Shown: positions 25,241 to 33,243, numbered from the stretch's first letter. The stretch: DNA of 64,000 bases from a virus (IMGVR_UViG_3300037458_000547:1474-65473), one strand, 5' to 3'. Translations and numbers: made by a program. The notes: generated by a model not told the origin, from the letters alone.

Positions 25241-25984
25241 ATGAAAGAGCAATGGACGGTCGAGTATCGAGATTGGATCGGGCGGAGCAAGCAGGGCTAC
25301 ATGGTGCGCCGCCTGAGGAAGGGCCGCGGCAAGTGGCGCTACCGGTTCGACAAGGTGCCGGAACACGTCAAGACCTTCCTGCACCTCAAGCCCGTCCCGG
25401 TGCGAGGCACCTCGAACATGGTGCTGTCCAGCATCCGCTCGGAGGCCAAACTGCACGAGTGCCGGGTCACCTTCCCGGCGCGGGCCCGGGATCGGTTCCT
25501 GTGCGAGATCGAGTCGCCTCCTCACGAGAGGGGTTACCGGGCCTTCTCGCCGCGCACCCTTGCTCACCTGTTCCACTGGGCGGACAGCCCGGCCGAACTC
25601 TACCGGCTCGCCTACAAGTACACCGATTGCGGCCCGGCCATCGGGTTCAAGCTGGAGGGCAAGGCGCCCATCTACTGCGACTCGCTGCGTGAGCTGGGGA
25701 CGTGGGCGGAGATGACCGGCCGCGGCGAGCGGGTCGAGTACCTGACCGTGAGCAGCATCGTCGAGGGCGTGGACACCGAGACCGAAACCGTCGAGGTCCC
25801 GTGTGAGCCGCTCGACACCCTCGTTTCCCGATGGGGGGAGGCTATCGAGGAAGTGAACCGGCAGGCCAAAGACATCTGGAACGAGACTCACGGCTGCGAG
25901 AAGTGCGGGCCCGAGAGTGAGTGTGGCTATCGCGTCATCAATCCCAAGTGCCGCGCCTGCAAGGGGCGTGGAGTCATCCTGTGA
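25241..25984 (+). CDS. Hypothetical protein with a C-terminal Zn finger
   Basis: SD GAGGAGG; CEKC...CRACKG. Confidence 0.7.
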   Translation: MKEQWTVEYRDWIGRSKQGYMVRRLRKGRGKWRYRFDKVPEHVKTFLHLKPVPVRGTSNMVLSSIRSEAKLHECRVTFPARARDRFLCEIESPPHERGYRAFSPRTLAHLFHWADSPAELYRLAYKYTDCGPAIGFKLEGKAPIYCDSLRELGTWAEMTGRGERVEYLTVSSIVEGVDTETETVEVPCEPLDTLVSRWGEAIEEVNRQAKDIWNETHGCEKCGPESECGYRVINPKCRACKGRGVIL

Positions 25985-26001
25985 TCCCCGATAGGCGGGT
26001 A
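25985..26001. promoter_or_regulatory. Operator-like palindrome
   Basis: TCCCCGA-TAG-GCGGGTA, intergenic. Confidence 0.55.
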
Positions 26002-26104
26002 TCCCCTCAGCGGGTGCGGCGGGATGAGGCGGGCGCCTCGCCGCTGCTGATTTATGCGGTGATTCTGCTGGTAATCGCATTGCTCGGCCTCGCGTTGTGA
26101 GGGC

Positions 26105-26155
26105 TTGCATTCTCACGCGCCGCGAGTAGACTGGAGGCGTGGCAACAACGGAGGG
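26105..26155 (+). promoter_or_regulatory. Early promoter, degenerate operator and leader
   Basis: TTGCAT-16-TAGACT; right half-site GCGAGTA; CAACGGAGGG at 26146. Confidence 0.7.
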
Positions 26156-26158
26156 ACC

Positions 26159-26443
26159 ATGACCAAGAAACCGCCGACAGTGACACTCTGGTATTTCGAG
26201 TTCTGCACGAATGGACTCGGCGTGTGGGACCGAATGTGGGCCGCCTCACGCTCGGAGCTGGCCAAAGAGCGCCAGTGGCTGAAAGACATCAACAGCAAGC
26301 TGGACGACAAGATGACTCCAGGCGACGAGCTGGACGGATCACAGGGGCAGCACGGCCCGGCGCGGTCGGTCAAGGTGGAGCTGACTGCCGAGGGCGTCCT
26401 CCACTTCGCCCAGAACTTCGCGGTTGATCAGGGGAGCTGCTGA
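26159..26443 (+). CDS. Hypothetical protein
   Basis: ATG after CAACGGAGGGACC. Confidence 0.7.
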   Translation: MTKKPPTVTLWYFEFCTNGLGVWDRMWAASRSELAKERQWLKDINSKLDDKMTPGDELDGSQGQHGPARSVKVELTAEGVLHFAQNFAVDQGSC

Positions 26444-26754
26444 TGCCATTCCCCACTGGAGACCTGAGGGGCCGGGTGGAAAAGCTGGAATCCCGGAATG
26501 AAGAATTGGCCCGCGTCCTGCGCGAGGTGTCCGCCGTCATCGACGCAATGCAGGCGCCCGCGGAGATCGACGAGGCATTCCCCGAGGACCCCGACGAGGA
26601 TCGCGCCAGCATCAACGACCAGCATTGCTTCGGCACGTTCAGGAGCTGGGGGCTCACCAACATCGACGGCGCCGACAACGCCCGCCCGGTGGTGATCGAG
26701 TGGCCGGACCTGAGCTGGGCCCGCGACCAGATTACGAAGGTGCTGGCGTCATGA
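26443..26754 (+). CDS. Hypothetical protein
   Basis: TGATG coupling. Confidence 0.6.
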   Translation: MPFPTGDLRGRVEKLESRNEELARVLREVSAVIDAMQAPAEIDEAFPEDPDEDRASINDQHCFGTFRSWGLTNIDGADNARPVVIEWPDLSWARDQITKVLAS

Positions 26755-26933
26755 GCCGCAGGCCCGACATCATGCTGACCCTGCCCGCCCTGCTCGGGCA
26801 TGCCGACCAGCAGGCCGAGGACCGGCTCACCTCTAAGCGTGAGGACGCCTGCCAGTGGATGCGCGAGCGGGGAATCGAGGTCCTCAGCGACCCGCTGCCG
26901 CCGGAGCGGTTCGGGCGGGAGGCGCGGCCATGA
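26751..26933 (+). CDS. Hypothetical protein
   Basis: ATGA coupling. Confidence 0.55.
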   Translation: MSRRPDIMLTLPALLGHADQQAEDRLTSKREDACQWMRERGIEVLSDPLPPERFGREARP

Positions 26934-27211
26934 TCGAGCTGACGTGGCACGCCATCGACGCCGAGGGGGAGGAGGAGTGCGGGGCTTTCGAGGTCCCGGA
27001 GTCCTGCACGCTCGCTGAGCTGGTCGAGGCGGCGCTAGCTGACCTTGAGGAACGCTCCGGGTCCTTCAATGACTACATGGGCGAGCCGGTCGGGTTGCGG
27101 ATTGAGTTCCCGTGCGCCGCTCGCGGCCTGTGGCTGGATGTTTCCGCGCACTTGACATCCCCGCAGGGCGGGGAGCAAGCTAACACCGTCCCAACTCAGA
27201 ACGGAGGTTGA
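26930..27211 (+). CDS. Hypothetical acidic protein
   Basis: SD GGGAGG; ATGA coupling. Confidence 0.55.
   Translation: MIELTWHAIDAEGEEECGAFEVPESCTLAELVEAALADLEERSGSFNDYMGEPVGLRIEFPCAARGLWLDVSAHLTSPQGGEQANTVPTQNGG
27152..27207 (+). promoter_or_regulatory. Promoter, perfect operator palindrome and variant leader
   Basis: TTGACA at 27152; TCCCCGC-AGG-GCGGGGA at 27158-27174; AACGGAGG leader. The -10 is weak. Confidence 0.65.
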
Positions 27212-27213
27212 AA

Positions 27214-27567
27214 ATGGGTGACAGAGTGTTGTTCCAAGTGATCAAGGCGGCAGAGGATTCGGTCGAGTTCTCCCCCGTCATCTACGGCCACAACGCGGGT
27301 GACGCGGCGCCGACCATCGTGGCCCAGCTCGCCATTCAGATGCGCGACCGCATGGGGGATGTGAGCTACTGGGCGGCGCGGCTGGTCGAGGTCCTGTGCC
27401 AGACTGACCCGGGCGGATGCCTCAGCATCGGCATCTGGAACGCAGATGCAATCCTGACCGCGAAGGACTCGCACGGGGACGCCGGGGTGGTCCTCATCAA
27501 CGCCGACAACGGCGCCGCGATGTACCTCGGCGGTTACTACAATGCCGATGGCCGGGAGGTCGAATGA
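27214..27567 (+). CDS. Hypothetical protein
   Basis: SD GGAGG before ATG. Confidence 0.7.
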   Translation: MGDRVLFQVIKAAEDSVEFSPVIYGHNAGDAAPTIVAQLAIQMRDRMGDVSYWAARLVEVLCQTDPGGCLSIGIWNADAILTAKDSHGDAGVVLINADNGAAMYLGGYYNADGREVE

Positions 27568-28019
27568 CCCTCACCATCCGCAACGTGTCCGAGTCCGAGC
27601 GGCTGGAGTTCTTCCCGCGTCACTTTGGCCCGATGGCGATGATGACCGTCGAGGCCCGCGTCTTTCACTACGCGAGGCAGTCCCTGCGCGATGAGCGCAC
27701 CGGTGAGCCGGCCTACGCCGGGGGCGTGTGGGAGTTCTCCGAAGCCAGCAACGGCGCCGGTTGGATGTGGCCCCGATCGGTCCCGGAGCGGGTGGACCTC
27801 GGGCCGGTCGGGGAGCTGGGCGGGGATGTCCGGGGACTCTCCCGGGTGGCCGCCGGCCTCGCGCTGACGTGCATCGCGGTGAACCATGAGCTGTGGCGCC
27901 TGCACGAGGAGCAAGGCGACTGCGCCGCCACGCGCAAGCTGGACGAGCAGTGGCGGCTGTTGATGGAGGCCGCGAGCGAGTGCGATGAGGCAGGGAAGAT
28001 ACTGGAATGGCTCGATTGA
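27564..28019 (+). CDS. KlcA/ArdB-family antirestriction protein
   Basis: [11 protein letters not shown]; Y.GG.WEF...NGAGWMWP; LS..AAGL; terminal A..I..WLD. Confidence 0.8.
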   Translation: MTLTIRNVSESERLEFFPRHFGPMAMMTVEARVFHYARQSLRDERTGEPAYAGGVWEFSEASNGAGWMWPRSVPERVDLGPVGELGGDVRGLSRVAAGLALTCIAVNHELWRLHEEQGDCAATRKLDEQWRLLMEAASECDEAGKILEWLD

Positions 28020-28040
28020 GCCTCAGCACAAGCCGCAACG

Positions 28041-28070
28041 GAGGGCGCCCATTCGGGCGCCCTCTTGCTA
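28041..28070 (+). terminator. Perfect 10-bp hairpin, probable intrinsic terminator
   Basis: GAGGGCGCCC-ATTC-GGGCGCCCTC followed by TTGCTATT. Confidence 0.65.
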
Positions 28071-28128
28071 TTGCGCCCCTACCCGCGGGGCGCGTAGCAT
28101 ACAAGCGTGGATGGTCCACAATGGAGGG
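28071..28128 (+). promoter_or_regulatory. Promoter, operator and leader
   Basis: TTGCGC-18-TAGCAT; TACCCGC-GGG-GCGCGTA at 28080-28096; CAATGGAGGG at 28119. Confidence 0.7.
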
Positions 28129-28135
28129 TAGATCA

Positions 28136-28621
28136 ATGCAGCGACAGTTATTCACAAAGGTCGGGCGCCGCTACAAGCCGGCCCCGGCGGAAACCGTGTG
28201 CGAAGCGGCGGCGGCGTATCTGGCCGCGCCCCTGATGCGCGGGCCCGCAATCGTCAACCCCCGGGTTACCCGGGAATATCTGCGCACCCTGCTGGGGATG
28301 CGCGAGCGGGAAGGCTTCGCGGTGGTGTTCCTCGACAACCGGCACCGGGTCATTGCGACTGAGGTGATGTTCGAGGGGACCATTGACGGCGCCAGCGTTC
28401 ACCCGCGGGAAGTGGTCAAAGCGGCTCTCAGGCAAAACGCCGCGGCGATCATCCTCGCCCACAATCACCCGAGCGGGAATCCCGAGCCCAGTGCGGCCGA
28501 CGAGCTGATTACCCAGCGGCTCCGGGATGCGCTGGCACTGGTGGACATCCGGGTACTGGATCATCTGATTGTGGCCCCGGGCGGCTTTGCCGTGTCCTTT
28601 GCCGAGCGGGGGCTGATATGA
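28136..28621 (+). CDS. radC: RadC-like JAB/MPN domain protein
   Basis: [11 protein letters not shown]...[15 protein letters not shown]...[15 protein letters not shown]...LDHLIV. Confidence 0.95.
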   Translation: MQRQLFTKVGRRYKPAPAETVCEAAAAYLAAPLMRGPAIVNPRVTREYLRTLLGMREREGFAVVFLDNRHRVIATEVMFEGTIDGASVHPREVVKAALRQNAAAIILAHNHPSGNPEPSAADELITQRLRDALALVDIRVLDHLIVAPGGFAVSFAERGLI

Positions 28622-28851
28622 GCCACTATGACCCCCTGTATGAGGCAATCGAGCGGGGCGATGAGGACTGCTCTCACGCCTTCGCGCACCCGGGCGGGAA
28701 CTCGGCGCTCCGGGCCGCCAGTCGCCGCAATCCCCGCAACCTGCCCTGTCCGACGTGCGGCGAGCCCAATCGCCTGACACCGGCGGACCGCGCCCGCGGG
28801 TATCAGTGCGATGCGTGCGCGGACCGGGCCGAACGTGGATGGGACTACTGA
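28618..28851 (+). CDS. Small Zn-finger protein
   Basis: CPTC...YQCDAC. Confidence 0.7.
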   Translation: MSHYDPLYEAIERGDEDCSHAFAHPGGNSALRAASRRNPRNLPCPTCGEPNRLTPADRARGYQCDACADRAERGWDY

Positions 28852-29279
28852 TGCTGCGCACCCGGGAACTGGCGGACCTGCTGCGCAGGAACTGGGGACG
28901 GCACCGCCCCTACACCCGGAAGCAACTGATCGAGGTGCTGACCGAGGATGCCCGCCGGCGGCTGCCGCGGATTGATCGGCTGATCAATGAGCGGGCCCAG
29001 TGGCGGGCGCACATTGACGCCAACACCGAGGGCGGGCGCGTGGCTCTCTGCCGCTCCGGGATGGATTGCGACTGCGTGACGTACACCGACGCCCGGGTGA
29101 TCCCGGCGCCGGTGTCGGTCGTGGCGTGGCTCCGGGAGTTCGACCAGCACTGCGAGTGGCTGGACGGCCCGGAATCGACATGGTTCGACAAGCCGAGCCG
29201 GGTCACCGAGGGCCACGAGTCGCGGGATTTAGTCCTGGAGGCGTATGAGGACGGGCATCCGCACGTCATTCACCTGTAA
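28851..29279 (+). CDS. Hypothetical protein
   Basis: TGATG coupling; GMDCDC motif. Confidence 0.65.
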   Translation: MLRTRELADLLRRNWGRHRPYTRKQLIEVLTEDARRRLPRIDRLINERAQWRAHIDANTEGGRVALCRSGMDCDCVTYTDARVIPAPVSVVAWLREFDQHCEWLDGPESTWFDKPSRVTEGHESRDLVLEAYEDGHPHVIHL

Positions 29280-29297
29280 CAACGGAGGGACCAACAG

Positions 29298-29543
29298 ATG
29301 ACACTCATGAAAGCCCTCGACCTGTGCAGGGCGCTCCGCGCTCAGGGACTCCGCCCCCGCAGCTACTCAGGGCGCGGGATGTACGGGAAGGAGTGTGTCG
29401 GGGCCAGCCTCGACAGCGACAGCGACCTCGATACCGAGGGCCTACCTCGGGCAACGTGGGACAGCTTGGGGAAAGGGGTGATCGCCTATTGGCCTGCCGT
29501 GAAGTGGACCCGCGAGTGCGAGCGGATCTACCCGGAGGAATGA
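29298..29543 (+). CDS. Hypothetical protein
   Basis: CAACGGAGGG leader; RSYSGRGMYGKECVG...WDSLGKGVIAYWP. Confidence 0.75.
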   Translation: MTLMKALDLCRALRAQGLRPRSYSGRGMYGKECVGASLDSDSDLDTEGLPRATWDSLGKGVIAYWPAVKWTRECERIYPEE

Positions 29544-29668
29544 TGGAAGCCTTCGCATGGCTGGTCATCCTGACCGTATGGGTCTCCCTGCTCTGGATAG
29601 GCGGAGTGATCGGGGAGTGGATGCTGCACCGCAACAAGAAAGATCCGGGAGGAAATCCGGAGGGGTGA
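29543..29668 (+). CDS. 41-aa single-TM peptide
   Basis: TGATG coupling; MEAFAWLVILTVWVSLLWIGGVIG. Confidence 0.55.
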   Translation: MEAFAWLVILTVWVSLLWIGGVIGEWMLHRNKKDPGGNPEG

Positions 29669-29675
29669 GGTAAGG

Positions 29676-29835
29676 GGAGGTTAAGGACGGTAGGGCCAGC
29701 ATTAAGCTGGTCTTATCGTTTGGGGAGGAGGGACAAGGGATAGGACAGGGACAGCGAGGGACGCGGGGGATGCGGGATGCGTGCAGGACGTAGGGTCTGC
29801 CCGGATGGATTCCCGGGAGCCGGGGGAACTGCGGA
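29676..29835 (+). ncRNA. GGA-dense, G-rich non-coding segment (Csr/Rsm sponge or G-quadruplex candidate)
   Basis: 17 GGA in 160 nt by hand count, six as ANGGA; seven GGG tracts in 29722-29776. Confidence 0.35.
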
Positions 29836-29929
29836 CTATGCTTAGCCGACTGGTATTGACAACTGCCTAATAGTGGAGGACGCTACAGGTGAGGGCCAAT
29901 CCCGGCTCTCACAACGGAGGGTGAGAAGC

Positions 29930-30112
29930 ATGAGAACCGAGAAAGTCCGCTGCCCTATCTGCCGCGGGACTGGTAACCGTGGCCACGGCTTGTGGAACAT
30001 CCTGACGCAGTGCGTCGTGTGCGCCGGCACGGGCAAGGTGGAAGTCCACGCCCGCCGGGAGTCGCGCCGCGACCTCTGGCGCGAGTTCTGCCGCGAGGAG
30101 GCACGACGATGA
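29930..30112 (+). CDS. DnaJ-type zinc-finger miniprotein
   Basis: CPICRGTG...CVVCAGTGK; CAACGGAGGG leader at 29912. Confidence 0.7.
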   Translation: MRTEKVRCPICRGTGNRGHGLWNILTQCVVCAGTGKVEVHARRESRRDLWREFCREEARR

Positions 30113-30426
30113 CCCGCCGCGCTACCCTGCTCGATACCCCCTGCCTCGTGACCCTGACCCGCTACGGGGCCAATGGCGGCCGGAACGTCGCCATCCTGCT
30201 GACGGTGGACGATGAGACCCGCGAGCCCTATGACACCGTGACGACGTGGATACCGGGTTTGGCTGCCGATGAGGTAGCCATACGGGACGATGAGATCCCG
30301 GGCCGGGCCGAGTCCATGATCAAGGCCGAACTGATCTTTCCTCAGGTCCTGAGGCGAGCCCTGTCCGGCTGGATCACGATCCCTGTCTATCGGCTGGTGC
30401 CCGGCGTGGCGGAGGCGGCCAAGTGA
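30109..30426 (+). CDS. Hypothetical protein
   Basis: ATGA coupling. Confidence 0.65.
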   Translation: MTRRATLLDTPCLVTLTRYGANGGRNVAILLTVDDETREPYDTVTTWIPGLAADEVAIRDDEIPGRAESMIKAELIFPQVLRRALSGWITIPVYRLVPGVAEAAK

Positions 30427-30602
30427 GCCGCCCGGATGATGAGAAGGACGCGGCGCGTTACCGCAAGCTCTGCGCCCTTCCCTATCCTGAGGCGGCGCGG
30501 ATCATGCAGTACCTGAAACCGGACTGTGACGCCATGCTGGACAGGTACATTGAGCAATTCGGGCCAGAGCCGGCGGACAAGGCGGCGGAGAAAGTCAAGT
30601 GA
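30423..30602 (+). CDS. Hypothetical 59-aa protein
   Basis: GTGA coupling at both ends (MSRPDDEKDAARYRKL...). Confidence 0.55.
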   Translation: MSRPDDEKDAARYRKLCALPYPEAARIMQYLKPDCDAMLDRYIEQFGPEPADKAAEKVK

Positions 30603-30877
30603 GCCGCGTGCCCTGCCCGAGGTGTCACGGGGAGTGGTACAGGGATCTTGAGCCCGGGACCGGCCTGCCTTACGCCTGCTACCGGTGCGGGAACACGGGC
30701 GAGGTCAATGCTCCTCACGGTGCCTGCCCGGGATGCGGCGAGGCGCTGCTGGAGGGCGAGGGCGAGGCGCTCGGGGGGATCTGCTACGACTGCACCGAGG
30801 ACGCGAAGGGACGCGCCCAGTGGCTCGGAGCGTATGAGGGCGGAGGCCCGACGCTGAGGGGCCAGACAGAGAGGTAG
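30599..30877 (+). CDS. Multi-CxxC zinc-binding protein
   Basis: CPRC, CYRC, CPGC, CYDC. Confidence 0.65.
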   Translation: MSRVPCPRCHGEWYRDLEPGTGLPYACYRCGNTGEVNAPHGACPGCGEALLEGEGEALGGICYDCTEDAKGRAQWLGAYEGGGPTLRGQTER

Positions 30878-30888
30878 AGAGGCGAGGC

Positions 30889-30920
30889 GAGGCCCGGGGG
30901 TCGCAAGGCTCCCGGGCCTC
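30889..30920. terminator. 14-bp hairpin with a GCAA tetraloop
   Basis: GAGGCCCGGG-GGTC-GCAA-GGCT-CCCGGGCCTC; no clear U tract. Confidence 0.5.
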
Positions 30921-31132
30921 ATGCTGTCCGGAAGGAGCGCAGGGGGCGCAGGATCGCAGGGGACCCCCCGAGGGACCGGCGCTCCGCAGCCCGACCCGCG
31001 AGGCGGCCCGGCCCGAAAGGAAATGATCGCGGGGCTTGGCCCTGCTCTACGGGTTCACCCCTCTCTCCTACCCCCCTCCTGGCTTTCCCGCCGGGCCATT
31101 TTTTTTGGGGGAGCATTTTTCCCCAGGACCCC

Positions 31133-31177
31133 TTGACCTCTCCCCGCTGTGCGGGTAGTCTCCTGGTCATGGAGGTG
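31133..31177 (+). promoter_or_regulatory. Promoter and operator
   Basis: TTGACC-17-TAGTCT; TCCCCGC-TGT-GCGGGTA at 31141-31157; SD ATGGAGGT. Confidence 0.8.
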
Positions 31178-31182
31178 ACGCC

Positions 31183-31305
31183 ATGAAACGACCGGATTGG
31201 GTGGTAGATCTGTGGGAAGTGACGCTGGTCCTGGCAGTGCTGCTGTTCGGGTTCTGGCTGATGCAGGGCGGTGGCTACATCCCCGGCTTCGGGAGGGTGG
31301 AATGA
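31183..31305 (+). CDS. 40-aa single-TM peptide
   Basis: MKRPDWVVDLWEVTLVLAVLLFGFWLMQGGG...; strong SD. Confidence 0.6.
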   Translation: MKRPDWVVDLWEVTLVLAVLLFGFWLMQGGGYIPGFGRVE

Positions 31306-31658
31306 AGCCCTGTCCGTGGTGCGGGAGCCGCGAAGGCGAGGTCTTGCAGCCGCCCGGATCGACGTTCCGCTGGCGGGCCTGGGTGTGCGGCTGCGGGGTG
31401 GTGGGCCCCGAGATCCGGATCCAGACCCTGGGCGAGGGGACGAAGGAGGAGTGGGAGGCGCGGGCCCGGCAGGCGGCCATGGCGGCCTGGAACGACCGCA
31501 GGGACGATGCCGAGAAGCTGCGCGACGTGCTGAGGCGGTTCCTGGAGCTGCCGGTGCGGGTCCGGAGCCAGGGCGGCTACATCCGTCTCGACGAGACGCA
31601 GGATGAGCTGCGGCTGTGGGCCGAGGCCATGGAGCTGCTCAAGGGAGGGGCGCCATGA
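31302..31658 (+). CDS. Lar-like (restriction alleviation) Zn-ribbon protein
   Basis: MKPCPWCG...WVCGCGVVGP...A..AWNDR. Confidence 0.6.
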   Translation: MKPCPWCGSREGEVLQPPGSTFRWRAWVCGCGVVGPEIRIQTLGEGTKEEWEARARQAAMAAWNDRRDDAEKLRDVLRRFLELPVRVRSQGGYIRLDETQDELRLWAEAMELLKGGAP

Positions 31659-31855
31659 CTGACCGGATCGAGATCTACCGGACGAGCAGCCAGGTCCCGT
31701 TCGCCAGCGTCGCGTCGTCCTTTCAGCCGCAGAAAGGCGATCTTGTCTACGTCCTGGGTGCGACCTGGAAGGTGGTCGGACTGTCGTTCGCGATCGACGA
31801 CCTCGGCGACCGGGCGCGGATGCGCTGCAACCTGATCGTGAGGAAGGCGCGATGA
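31655..31855 (+). CDS. Hypothetical protein
   Basis: SD GGAGGG; ATGA coupling. Confidence 0.6.
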   Translation: MTDRIEIYRTSSQVPFASVASSFQPQKGDLVYVLGATWKVVGLSFAIDDLGDRARMRCNLIVRKAR

Positions 31856-32028
31856 TCGTCCGCTACGGGGACCTGCACGACGACGAGAAGCATCGCGGCA
31901 AGATCCTGCTGTTCATCCGCGGCCGGTGGGACCCGGATGCCGAACTGGGTCGACTCGAGGAGCTGCTCTCGCTGCGGGCCGCGATCGACCAGTTCCTGTT
32001 CCTGGAGGCGAAACGTGACCGTCCGTGA
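31852..32028 (+). CDS. Hypothetical 58-aa protein
   Basis: ATGA coupling (MIVRYGDLHDD...). Confidence 0.5.
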   Translation: MIVRYGDLHDDEKHRGKILLFIRGRWDPDAELGRLEELLSLRAAIDQFLFLEAKRDRP

Positions 32029-32242
32029 CCCCCCGCCGGATCTCGAGCTGCGGCTCGCCCGGCAGAAGGGCGAGGACTTCGAGTGGGCCTTCAACCGGTT
32101 CATGGACCTGCTCCTGGAGGAGGTCGAGGAGGCGAACTTCGACGACCGGACCCGCGATCGGGTGCGGCTGGCGATCCTTGGCGCGGCCGAGCGGCTGTAC
32201 GGCGAGCATCGCGATCGGCAGGACCAGGGGAAGGCGCCATGA
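32015..32242 (+). CDS. Hypothetical protein
   Basis: SD GGAGG before GTG. Confidence 0.55.
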   Translation: MTVRDPPPDLELRLARQKGEDFEWAFNRFMDLLLEEVEEANFDDRTRDRVRLAILGAAERLYGEHRDRQDQGKAP

Positions 32243-32499
32243 GTGACCTGGAACAGCGGATCGCGGCGCTGCCGGAGTGGCCGGACCCGGATGAGCCAAT
32301 GTTCAAGCAGGAACGACTCGCGTGGTCTAGTGACGCCGCCCTCGCCCGCCTCGCGCTGGCGCTGGAGTGGATCAATACCCGCGTTCCTCACCTAGAGGGA
32401 TGCCCGTGGCGCGGACTGACCCGCGATGCTCAGGGGCTGCTACCTGACTGTCGCTGCGGCCGTGACGCCATGCTCGCCGCGTTGGAGGTGCCGAAGTGA
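32239..32499 (+). CDS. Hypothetical protein ending LAALEVPK
   Basis: ATGA coupling; ends in the junction repeat. Confidence 0.6.
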   Translation: MSDLEQRIAALPEWPDPDEPMFKQERLAWSSDAALARLALALEWINTRVPHLEGCPWRGLTRDAQGLLPDCRCGRDAMLAALEVPK

Positions 32500-32717
32500 A
32501 CAACTGGCAATACAGCGACGCGACTGATGAGATCATTTGCGAAATCTGCGGCGGCAAGCAAGGCGTCGGGATACGCCGGGTGATGTTCGACGGTTTCTGC
32601 TGCAAGCATTGCCTGTATGTCTGGTATGAGGGCGCTGGCGTTGACTCGGACGCGGTGAGAGCCGCCTCACTGAAACGTCAGGAGTCCTTGCTCGCCGCGT
32701 TGGAGGTGCCGAAGTGA
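32496..32717 (+). CDS. Small Cys-rich protein ending LAALEVPK
   Basis: CEICGG...FCCKHC; GTGA start inside the repeat. Confidence 0.6.
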   Translation: MNNWQYSDATDEIICEICGGKQGVGIRRVMFDGFCCKHCLYVWYEGAGVDSDAVRAASLKRQESLLAALEVPK

Positions 32718-33049
32718 GCAATACCCCGAGGACCGACGCATTCTGGTTTGAGCGTAACCGGCGTCCTTCTGACGCGGCATGGCTCAGATACGCACGCACG
32801 CTAGAGCGCGAGCTGGCTGAGAAAAACGATCTAATTACGGGACTGCCGACGATTTGCCGCCGTTATGAGGCGCAGATAGATGGCCTGCGCCGCGAGCTGG
32901 CCGAGGCGCGGTTAGACGGAGAGTGCTATCACAGCTTGTGCGGGCTTATCAGAGCCAACCCAAACGCGCTCGCTGGTGAGCTGTTGGAATGGTTCAAGGG
33001 TGAATCCGCCATCGACGCGGCTATGGTTGCCGAGGAGGTGCCGAAGTGA
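32714..33049 (+). CDS. Hypothetical protein ending EEVPK
   Basis: MSNTPRTDA start; coiled-coil segment. Confidence 0.6.
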   Translation: MSNTPRTDAFWFERNRRPSDAAWLRYARTLERELAEKNDLITGLPTICRRYEAQIDGLRRELAEARLDGECYHSLCGLIRANPNALAGELLEWFKGESAIDAAMVAEEVPK

Positions 33050-33243
33050 GCGCCACGTATTCTCGTGACTACAGGGCGGTATTTCATATGTGCAATTGCG
33101 TCGGGCCGCAAAAGGGCCGACCGCTTTGCCCATGCCGTATGGCTCACGTCATCGTGCGAAACGGCCGCTACATCGAACCCGAGCGCGATCTTGGGCCGGC
33201 GATACCAGATGACCTTCCGAAGCTGGAGGTGCCCCGTGGATGA
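33046..33243 (+). CDS. Small Cys-rich protein ending LEVPRG
   Basis: CNCVGP...PLCPCRM. Confidence 0.6.
   Translation: MSATYSRDYRAVFHMCNCVGPQKGRPLCPCRMAHVIVRNGRYIEPERDLGPAIPDDLPKLEVPRG

Larger units (their letters stand above)
32471..33243 (+). repeat. Gene-junction direct repeats (GGAGGTGCCGAAGTGA core)
   Basis: 29 bp identical at 32471-32499 and 32689-32717; core again at 33033-33049; variant at 33223-33243. Confidence 0.9.

Noticed and set aside
28136-28621. RadC as a DNA-repair gene
   Set aside because: The repair label is historical. The sequence supports only a JAB/MPN metallo-domain, and the context is anti-defence.
29856-29890. TTGACA as a further early promoter
   Set aside because: There is no TAnnnT at 16-18 nt spacing and no operator, so it is left uncalled.
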